Assembly (NCBI GenBank): GCA_019058315.1
Contig: JAHPZH010000002.1
Coordinates: 813,810-877,809, forward strand
Origin: Candidatus Helarchaeota archaeon
GTDB taxonomy: Archaea; Asgardarchaeota; Lokiarchaeia; Helarchaeales; RDOG01
Length of the DNA stretch: 64,000 nt
Reading direction: 5' to 3'
Both the position numbers and the translations under genes were made by a program. This document shows, piece after piece, positions 8,975 through 17,002 of the stretch. The notes below the pieces were generated by a model. That model saw only the letters and a program-made list of their open reading frames with translations, was not told the origin of the DNA and did not search any database. Numbering within the stretch: position 1 is the first letter of the stretch; each line of letters begins with the position of its first letter.

Positions 8975-10015
8975 TTAAAGTTTAATAAAACGTATGTCTA
9001 AATCTTTAGCTTCCATGTGCTCATACTTTCCAGTTATACCAAGTTTGCCCTCATGATCTACTTGTCGTGCCATATGTCCATAAGGTGTCCCATTTTTTAT
9101 TCCTTCAGTAATAAAAGTGTGACGTAGTGAATGAAAAGTGCGTCCTTCTTTCTTTATACCTGTTTGGTTTAATACTTTGTATAAAATTCGATTCATTGAT
9201 GGTATAGAAAGCTCTCCGGATTTTCTAGAGGGAAAAACTATGTCAGAAATATGAGTTTTATGATGAATATAATTATATAATTCTTTACAAAATTGCTTTT
9301 CAATACGAACTCGGATTTTACCACGTTCTTCTTGATTTTCCTCGGTCTTTCCTTTCCTTAGAAGTCTCACAGTTGGGATGCAGTTTTCACAATTTTTAGA
9401 ACAATAGTTACAATCTAAATCCTGTTTCTTTAACTTCCTTACAGCTGTATTACGTGCACCAGTTCCCACAGCGCTAAATTTTAATAATAGATAATTTCTA
9501 AGACTTAAAGTTGAATATCTATTATTTTCTAACTCTTTAGAAGCTTCTAAAATCTGTTTAAGTTCATTAATCCTAAATGGCAATTTTTCTTTTTTTATTG
9601 CTTTTACTCTTTCAAAATTTGAGATATCCTCATATTCTTCAATTAAGTTTCTAAGTTTTTCAATTTGTGGACCAAAATCCTTACCGGAACGCTTTTTTCT
9701 CCTTAAAAGTCTTCTCTTAATTCCTATCATATATTTGACAAACGACTTTATTGCTGAAATCCTTCTATTAATTGTTGAACCTGAGCATTTTCTGCTTCTC
9801 ATAGTTTCTATATAATCTTCAAGGTCCTCTATTAAGATATTTTCAACATTCTGAATCCCCGTATTTTGACAAAAATCTAGAATATCATAACGATAATTAC
9901 GAATAAGTGATTTTGATTTTCCTTCTTTCTTCTTTTTATCTAAAAATTCTTCAATAATAGTTAAGGATCCACTTAATTCAATTTTTTTATCCCTAGATTC
10001 AATTTCAATTACCAT
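8975..10015 (-). CDS. Tyrosine recombinase/integrase (Xer-like)
   Basis: Core-binding N-domain ('STINRRISAIKSF'); catalytic R (GARN), K (RKGK), HxxR (HSLRH), H (VDHE), Y (GKYEH). Confidence 0.9.
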   Translation of the reverse strand: MVIEIESRDKKIELSGSLTIIEEFLDKKKKEGKSKSLIRNYRYDILDFCQNTGIQNVENILIEDLEDYIETMRSRKCSGSTINRRISAIKSFVKYMIGIKRRLLRRKKRSGKDFGPQIEKLRNLIEEYEDISNFERVKAIKKEKLPFRINELKQILEASKELENNRYSTLSLRNYLLLKFSAVGTGARNTAVRKLKKQDLDCNYCSKNCENCIPTVRLLRKGKTEENQEERGKIRVRIEKQFCKELYNYIHHKTHISDIVFPSRKSGELSIPSMNRILYKVLNQTGIKKEGRTFHSLRHTFITEGIKNGTPYGHMARQVDHEGKLGITGKYEHMEAKDLDIRFIKL

Positions 10016-10087
10016 TTTGAGGATCCTCTTTTAATTTGTGAATGAAATATAACCAGATCTGTTATTTCATTCATAAAGCCTCAAAAT
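10014..10087. repeat. 74-nt imperfect palindrome overlapping the recombinase start codon
   Basis: Outer arms ATTTTGAGG (10014-22)/CCTCAAAAT (10079-87); inner arms TGAATGAAATA (10039-49)/TATTTCATTCA (10063-73). Confidence 0.75.
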
Positions 10088-10197
10088 TATTAAAAAGAAA
10101 GTATCATTTAGAGAATATTCGGGATATATTTAGAGCAATAAATAAGCCTATTAACTATTAATAAAAATAAATGAAAAAGAAAATAATTTTAGGTGAG

Positions 10198-11820
10198 TTA
10201 AATCGAAAAATAGTTTCTAATCATTGTATTAATTGGATTAAAAACCTCAATATTTCCGTCCCAGCTAGCTATTGTTTCCCAAAAAACGTTTTGAATTTCC
10301 TCAGTCAAATTTTTCAATTTTGTTCGAAGAATCTTTAGGTCTTTTGAAGCCAATAAAGCTACAGAAAATTGTTTTCCATATTCAAACAACAGTTTCTTAT
10401 CTTCATGATCGATAATTTTCAATCTTTGATCACTATGTGTCATTTCTTGTAATATTGCTTGGACTCCAGAAATTCCACCAACAAATAAATCTGCATCTAC
10501 TTGTTCAGACTTCTGAAATGAGTAATCTATCAATACTATGCCCCCTTCATTAATTACATAGAGATGAATGAGTTCTTTATCCCATTCCATTTCTTCAGCA
10601 GGAGGAAGGGATTCTTTCATAAAAACAAATGGGATTAATGAGAATTCGCTTATTAAAAAGATGGTTACCAGAATCATTGTATCTATGAATTGATTTAATG
10701 CAGGTAAAGTCATAATATTAGCTATAATAAACCCAAGTCCTCCTCCAATCGCAACTGAGCTCCATCCATATCCATTAAATCGTGCCATATTATTTTTTGG
10801 AGAAAAATCAGACCAAACAGTACAGATAATTATTACATAACTTGCTGTTATCGTTGAATAGAAAACTACACTGATAATCATGAAAGCAAAAATCTCCCAG
10901 AATACTAAAAATACCAATACAGTTGGTATAAGCATGTTTGAGATGAAAAAAATATGTTTTCGTCCATATTTGTCCATTAATTTTCCAAATGCAGGGCTCA
11001 ATACTAGGTTCATTCCCCCTATTACTAAGAAATCAAGATTTATAAGCCCCAGACCAAATGTATCTGCAAATTGAACATAATATCCTAAGTTTTTGAGATA
11101 AAAACTCATCGGCATATTTGCTTCAAAAAACCTGGTATTTGCTCCTAATAGAAATACAATTATTCCTAAAAACATACCAAAAACCAAAGTACTTGTCCAA
11201 TAAACAAGCCCTGCTCTTTTTACATCAAAATCTCTTGGAATAGTAATTAATGGTTGATATAACAATTCTAATTTTTTTGTTCTAATTAGATAAAAACTAA
11301 CCACTCCAACGATTATATTGATAATTCCTAAAATAAAAATGTTTAAAAAGATATTAAAAGCCGAAATTAGCGCCGTTACTGATACAAAACCCCATCCTAT
11401 TCCAAGATAAAGTCCAGCATTTAACCCTCGTTTATTTATTTGAATATTAGATCCTATATAGCTTGTTCCGATTATGACATTAGGACCTGTAAAAATACCT
11501 AACAATAGAACGAGGAATAATGATATTTGTACATTTCCATAAAAAAAAATTAAAAGAAGAGCAAGAGTTCCCCATATAATGAATGAGAGGAAAAAATAAT
11601 TTTTATTCTTAATTTTATCAATAATAATTCCACATAAAAGGCTTGAGAATCCAAATGACATCCAAAAAGTTTCCATCCACATTACATCTATACCATAATG
11701 AAATACTAGATTAAGAAAAGGCACAAAACCAAAGGTCATTGTGGTCATTACTCCCACAGAGACCAGTAAAAAATGTGAAAAATTTTGAATATCGAATTTT
11801 GTCATTTTATTATCCACCAT
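10198..11820 (-). CDS. MFS transporter fused to a C-terminal longin-like domain
   Basis: About 12 TM with 'GKLMDKYGRK'; C-terminal 'HLYVINEGGIVL...DADLFVGGISGV...IIDHEDKKLLFEYG...WDGNIEVF'. Confidence 0.8.
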   Translation of the reverse strand: MVDNKMTKFDIQNFSHFLLVSVGVMTTMTFGFVPFLNLVFHYGIDVMWMETFWMSFGFSSLLCGIIIDKIKNKNYFFLSFIIWGTLALLLIFFYGNVQISLFLVLLLGIFTGPNVIIGTSYIGSNIQINKRGLNAGLYLGIGWGFVSVTALISAFNIFLNIFILGIINIIVGVVSFYLIRTKKLELLYQPLITIPRDFDVKRAGLVYWTSTLVFGMFLGIIVFLLGANTRFFEANMPMSFYLKNLGYYVQFADTFGLGLINLDFLVIGGMNLVLSPAFGKLMDKYGRKHIFFISNMLIPTVLVFLVFWEIFAFMIISVVFYSTITASYVIIICTVWSDFSPKNNMARFNGYGWSSVAIGGGLGFIIANIMTLPALNQFIDTMILVTIFLISEFSLIPFVFMKESLPPAEEMEWDKELIHLYVINEGGIVLIDYSFQKSEQVDADLFVGGISGVQAILQEMTHSDQRLKIIDHEDKKLLFEYGKQFSVALLASKDLKILRTKLKNLTEEIQNVFWETIASWDGNIEVFNPINTMIRNYFSI

Positions 11821-11887
11821 TATTAAAGATAAAGTGTATAATCATGGGTACAATAAAAATTATTCTTATAGAAAAAAATGTTCTACC

Positions 11888-13270
11888 TTATTTACCCTTA
11901 AAAATCCTTAATATGGTGTCTGCATCATCGATATCTTCTTTAGATAATGATAATATTATCTCTTTTTCTTGTCTTGTGAACTCAAGTTCCTTAATATCTG
12001 GTTCAAGAATGATTTTTTCAATATTTGACCATTGATCTGATAAAAAGGTAAGTGTAAGGTCCTCTTTACGACTATTAAAATTGATTATGTGAATTAAATT
12101 ATCGTCACCATAGATAGTACCAATAATTCCAAAATCTTTCTTATTTAATGTAATTCCTGGGACTTTTTTCCCTTTATAATTCATAGGAACAGCTTCTGTA
12201 AATAATAAACGCCTTGGTTTATACCATTTTCCAAGTTGTTCTAATTGTTGAGCTGTTTCTGGGTATAATTCACCATTCATTTGTGCAGCCATTCCAAAAC
12301 CAAATTTGCCCCCATTAGCCATTACTATTGCTGCCATTCGAAATATTTCGTAAGGATCAGATCTAGGTAATGGAGCATCCCAAGCCTTTCCTGCTGGACC
12401 TACTAATTCCCATGGTTTTTTTAGTTTTCTGTATCTCTTCCCTTGTTGCCATGCTGTTTTGGAATCATGAGCTTCACCTGATAGATAATGGGCATATTTT
12501 AGTTTATAATCAATACTTTGATTAAATGTAAGAATAATTTCAGGATATTTCTTTTCCATAAAATACATAACTATATGAGAGGACCTCTCTCTCATATTTG
12601 GAAAATGATACCAATCCATCCATAAACCTGCTGTTTTATAATTTTCGATTAGTTCTACAAGCTGCTTTAACATATAAATTTCATATTTTAATGGATTGTA
12701 TGTAAATTCGTTAAAATAGACATCATCGAAAAATTCTTGTGTATATTGGATGTAATTTCTTTTAATACTAATATCAAACATAGTTTTAACAAATTTTGCT
12801 GTTTCGTAAGATTGTTTTGATATATATTCTTTATTTTTATGATGCATCGCAATGAAAGACGGTGTACAAGATCTTAGTGGTTGAATATCATCAAATTGGG
12901 AGTTATGATCAAAAATGCTTGAATAATAAAACATTAGTGGAATCCTTGCTTTTTCGCTTTCTTCAGAAAGCAATTTAACGTAATCTACTGGAGTCTTCCA
13001 ATTAGTATATTTTGTATCCCAATAACAAATGCCATCATGCCATTTAGCTTCAAAGATGTGATAATCAACCCCAACTTTTTTTGAAAATTCGACCCATTTT
13101 TTCATTTTACAAAAAGGACCATTAAATTTAAAGTTTCCATCCTTATCTCTCATAGATGCGTTAAATTTATCGTAATTTCGATTCCATATCCAACCAGGTC
13201 TCGCTTCTATCTGATACATTATGGCAAGACCGGGTTTCTCCCACCAATCTTTATTATTTTTATTTGACAT
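11888..13270 (-). CDS. Alpha-L-fucosidase-like glycoside hydrolase (GH29)
   Basis: 'EAKWHDGICYWDTK' (cf. KHHDGF.LW), 'FYYS', 'GLWMDW' nucleophile region. Confidence 0.8.
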   Translation of the reverse strand: MSNKNNKDWWEKPGLAIMYQIEARPGWIWNRNYDKFNASMRDKDGNFKFNGPFCKMKKWVEFSKKVGVDYHIFEAKWHDGICYWDTKYTNWKTPVDYVKLLSEESEKARIPLMFYYSSIFDHNSQFDDIQPLRSCTPSFIAMHHKNKEYISKQSYETAKFVKTMFDISIKRNYIQYTQEFFDDVYFNEFTYNPLKYEIYMLKQLVELIENYKTAGLWMDWYHFPNMRERSSHIVMYFMEKKYPEIILTFNQSIDYKLKYAHYLSGEAHDSKTAWQQGKRYRKLKKPWELVGPAGKAWDAPLPRSDPYEIFRMAAIVMANGGKFGFGMAAQMNGELYPETAQQLEQLGKWYKPRRLLFTEAVPMNYKGKKVPGITLNKKDFGIIGTIYGDDNLIHIINFNSRKEDLTLTFLSDQWSNIEKIILEPDIKELEFTRQEKEIILSLSKEDIDDADTILRIFKGK

Positions 13271-13384
13271 TTTTATTCGAATTTAATTTGTACAAATATT
13301 AAGATTAAGTTAGCTATTTTTTATTATTGATAAGAAGGATTGATTCACTAATCTTTAATAGATTATAGTAATCTATATTTAGAT

Positions 13385-14212
13385 ATGAAAAATCAAAAAG
13401 GCTTTGATCGTGAAGCATATCCCGAGCTAAAAGAGTATTGGGAAAAATTTGAATCCACCGTTAAACCATATATCGAAATAAAAACTAAAATTAATGAAAA
13501 TATGAGTTATTGGCAAAGTAAATTTGGGGGATATCCATACTGGCCTAAGAAAATCGAATTTCCAAAGGATTCAAAAGGAAATTACTTATACTTAGTCGCT
13601 CAATTGAATTTTGAAGAAATCCCTCAACTTAAGGGATTTCCCCAGAAAGGAATACTACAATGGTATGTATCACCAGATTTAGGTTTATACGGATTGGATG
13701 GTTATAAATTTAAAGATACTATTACTCAAAACAATTGGCGAGTAGTTTATTTCCCAGATATCGAAAAAAAGGAAGAAAATCTAATTACTAATTTCTCATT
13801 CCTACCCAATCCTAAAGATTATACCACTTGGCCGCCGGTTTTAAAACCATGCTCTTTAAGTTTTAAAAAAGATTATGCTCCAATTGCATTATATGATTAT
13901 CAATTTATTGAACTATTTGGTGATCCATTCGATTTCTTTGGACAACTTGGTGAGGTTGGTGAAGAAGCTATGGATGCTTACAGTGTTGACTATTCTGCTA
14001 AAGGACATAAGATAGGAGGATATGCAGATTTTGCTCAAGTAGATCAAAGGGTTCCTGAGTGGGGATATAATACTTTACTCTTACAAATAGATAGTGAACC
14101 ATCAAGAGACATCGATTTTGGCTCAGCTGGGGTTGGACACCTTTTTATAAAAAAAGATGATTTGAAAAAGCTAGATTTCTCAAATGTTATGTATACTTGG
14201 GATTGTGGTTAA
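13385..14212 (+). CDS. YwqG/DUF1963 family protein
   Basis: 'SKFGGYPYWP', 'LVAQLNFEEIP', 'HKIGGYADFAQ', 'LLLQIDS', 'DFSNVMYTWDC'. Confidence 0.85.
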   Translation: MKNQKGFDREAYPELKEYWEKFESTVKPYIEIKTKINENMSYWQSKFGGYPYWPKKIEFPKDSKGNYLYLVAQLNFEEIPQLKGFPQKGILQWYVSPDLGLYGLDGYKFKDTITQNNWRVVYFPDIEKKEENLITNFSFLPNPKDYTTWPPVLKPCSLSFKKDYAPIALYDYQFIELFGDPFDFFGQLGEVGEEAMDAYSVDYSAKGHKIGGYADFAQVDQRVPEWGYNTLLLQIDSEPSRDIDFGSAGVGHLFIKKDDLKKLDFSNVMYTWDCG

Positions 14213-14305
14213 AGAATAAATTTTTAAAAAAGGAAAAATTTTAATAATTACAATAAAATTTTTAGTGAAATAATTAGTGATTAAAAACTGGGACTTGGAT
14301 TATAA

Positions 14306-14722
14306 ATGGCAACACCCGAGCAAATTTTATCTGTTGTTTTAATTAGTTTAGTAATTTCGTTTTTCGTTCTAATATTTTTAATATTTTTTAATCTTAAACA
14401 GGTTAGAAAATTATATTCCTTACGAGCCGAAGATAAGATATGGGATCCATGGGGTTCGCTTTCTTTTGGGCTCAGCATCTTTTTAATTGGATTTTCAGGT
14501 TTATTATTAGGAATGTTTTTCTATTTAAGCTCCACTCATCCTGAAATTCTAGGTCTCGGATTTTCACCTTTAACTTATTTTCAAAATCCAATTCCCAGTT
14601 TAATGCTTTTGATCTATATAATAATTGGGATGGGAGTTTCCATTTTTGGAGTCTCTTTAAGTATTTACGGAATGGACCGATTTATTAATAATGTTGAAAA
14701 GATAAGAGGAGAAAAAAAATAA
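14306..14722 (+). CDS. 3-TM membrane protein
   Basis: Three hydrophobic segments; WDPW motif; stop overlaps next start (TAATG). Confidence 0.7.
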   Translation: MATPEQILSVVLISLVISFFVLIFLIFFNLKQVRKLYSLRAEDKIWDPWGSLSFGLSIFLIGFSGLLLGMFFYLSSTHPEILGLGFSPLTYFQNPIPSLMLLIYIIIGMGVSIFGVSLSIYGMDRFINNVEKIRGEKK

Positions 14723-15108
14723 TGGTAGCACTTCCAATTTTAATGTATATAGCAATTATATTAATCTTTCCAACCTTTGTAGGAGCATCCTTTTTTATTT
14801 TTTATCAATATGAATTATATAAACTTACACATTATTCTGATACTTGGTATCCTTGGAAATTTTGTACATTCGGTATTTTCGGATTTGAAATAGGTATAGG
14901 TATATTAGGTGTTAGTTTATTCGGAGGTTTTTTCTTTTTATATCCTGATATTCTTAATGTTGAAGCTGCATACATTCCTCTCTTTTTGCTTATATATGGA
15001 TTTTTAATTTGCTCTGCTGCAGGAGTTTCTTGGGCAGCTTTTAGCCTAAGAAAATATTGGATAAATGTAAAAGAATTAGCAATTAAAAGCAAAGGTGGCA
15101 GTCTATAA
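14722..15108 (+). CDS. 3-TM membrane protein, probable paralog of the upstream gene
   Basis: Same topology; WYPW motif and 'YPDIL' (cf. 'HPEIL'). Confidence 0.7.
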   Translation: MVALPILMYIAIILIFPTFVGASFFIFYQYELYKLTHYSDTWYPWKFCTFGIFGFEIGIGILGVSLFGGFFFLYPDILNVEAAYIPLFLLIYGFLICSAAGVSWAAFSLRKYWINVKELAIKSKGGSL

Positions 15109-15214
15109 TAAACCAAATTTTTTAAATGTAATTTCTTTTCTTTTTTCGATTAATTTTCTAATTAAAAAATATACATATAAATCCATAAATGGAATTAGTT
15201 AATGTGTTGTTTTT

Positions 15215-16036
15215 ATGTCATCTAGTTCAAATAAAGGTATTTTAAAAATAATAAATAATATTAAAAGCAAAACCTTACCCCAAGATAAATTAATCGAAAG
15301 TATTAAAGAAATTGGCAAAATAGGAAATAAATTTTTAGCGGATGATCTAATTCCATTACTAGATGAATTTGATGATGAGGATATTTTATTTCAAATTAGA
15401 GAAACATTAGCGAAATTAAGAATAACTCCCGGTTTCTTGAATGATACAGGTCTTGAGAAGGAGGATGAGGGAAATATTGCCGAAGCTATTAGAAAATATG
15501 AGTTATGTATAAAATTAGATCCCAATTATTATTATGCTTGGTATAATATGGCTCGAATGTATGGGGACAAAAAGAAGAATTTTCAAAGAGCAATAGAGTT
15601 ATATAAAAAAACTCTTTCAATAAATACAACTTATGGACCAGGATGGAATGGTCTGGGAAATGTTTATTTTGATCTAAAGCAATACAGCCTTGCAAGACAA
15701 GCATATGAAAGAGCAATTCAATGTGTAGATTATAAAGGTAAGAATTATCCTTATTATAACTCAGGACTTGTCTATGAAAAGTTGGGTAACTTGAGGAAAG
15801 CCTTAGAGTATTATTTAAAGTCGGTAGAATTTAAACAAGATTATTCTCGTGCTAGTTATAACGCAGGAAGACTTTATAGAGATTTAGGAGAAAGCCAAAA
15901 AGCCTATGAATATTTTGGAACTGCTTTGAAATACGATCAATCATATGAGAAGACGATAAGAGAATTAGGCGTTATTGTAGAGGAAGTTATGACAATATAT
16001 CTATTGAAAAAATTAGATGAATTTGAATTGGAGTAA
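15215..16036 (+). CDS. TPR protein with N-terminal HEAT-like helices
   Basis: About five 34-aa TPRs (AWYNMA, GWNGLG, PYYNSG, ASYNAG). Confidence 0.85.
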   Translation: MSSSSNKGILKIINNIKSKTLPQDKLIESIKEIGKIGNKFLADDLIPLLDEFDDEDILFQIRETLAKLRITPGFLNDTGLEKEDEGNIAEAIRKYELCIKLDPNYYYAWYNMARMYGDKKKNFQRAIELYKKTLSINTTYGPGWNGLGNVYFDLKQYSLARQAYERAIQCVDYKGKNYPYYNSGLVYEKLGNLRKALEYYLKSVEFKQDYSRASYNAGRLYRDLGESQKAYEYFGTALKYDQSYEKTIRELGVIVEEVMTIYLLKKLDEFELE

Positions 16037-16087
16037 AATTGGTAGTTTTATCAGGATTAGAACTAATTATTTTTATATGATGATATT

Positions 16088-16981
16088 ATGTCTCAAGCTA
16101 CAAAAAAAAGGATTTCAAAACTCATCGAAGATATTAAAAGTAAAACCCTAACGCACGAGAAATTAATGGAAGCTATTTTAGAGATTGGGGAAAAAGGAAA
16201 TAAGTCTTTTGCAGACGATTTAATTCCATTATTAGACGAGATTGAAGAAAAAGATATAAAATTCCAACTTAAAAATTCAATTTTAAAATTAGGTATAACC
16301 GCACAGTATATGAACCAGGAGGGTATTAGAAAAGAAGATGAAAATGATTTAGATGGTGCAATTCGAAAATATGAATTATGCGTGAAACTCGACCCAAAAC
16401 ACAAATGGGCATGGTATAACCTGGCGAGAATGTATGATAAACACAAAAATAATTTGGAAAAAGCAATTGAATTTTATAAAGAAGCAGTTGCAGTTGATAA
16501 GAATTATGGGGATGGATGGAATAATATGGGCAATATATATTTAGATCTAAATCAACTTAGCCTTGCAAAACAAGCATATGAAAAGGCAATTCAAAGTAAA
16601 GGTTATGATTTTAAATATTATCCCTATTATAATATAGGTTTAGTATATAATCGGGTTAATAATCCGAAAAAAGCATTAGAATATTTTTTAAAAGCGATAG
16701 AAATAAAATCAGATTATGCCAGAGCTCTATATCATACTGGAAAAACATATAGAATGTTAGAGGAACACGAAAAAGCATCCGAATACTTCGCACGTGCACT
16801 AGAACATGATAAAAAACTTGAAAAGAGTATGAGAGAGCTTGGAGTAGTTATGGAAGAGGTCATAACGAAACAAATTTTAAGAAAGTTAAATAAATTCGAA
16901 CCTGATCAGGATAAGAAAAGTATAGAAATAAAAGAAAAACCAGTTGAAACCCATGATACTAGAAAGCATGGGGTAAGATAA
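16088..16981 (+). CDS. TPR protein, tandem paralog of 15215-16036
   Basis: Collinear: 'ADDLIPLLDE', 'AIRKYELCxKLDP', 'RELGVxxEEV'. Confidence 0.85.
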   Translation: MSQATKKRISKLIEDIKSKTLTHEKLMEAILEIGEKGNKSFADDLIPLLDEIEEKDIKFQLKNSILKLGITAQYMNQEGIRKEDENDLDGAIRKYELCVKLDPKHKWAWYNLARMYDKHKNNLEKAIEFYKEAVAVDKNYGDGWNNMGNIYLDLNQLSLAKQAYEKAIQSKGYDFKYYPYYNIGLVYNRVNNPKKALEYFLKAIEIKSDYARALYHTGKTYRMLEEHEKASEYFARALEHDKKLEKSMRELGVVMEEVITKQILRKLNKFEPDQDKKSIEIKEKPVETHDTRKHGVR

Positions 16982-17002
16982 AAATTCTAAAAATAAAAAA
17001 AA

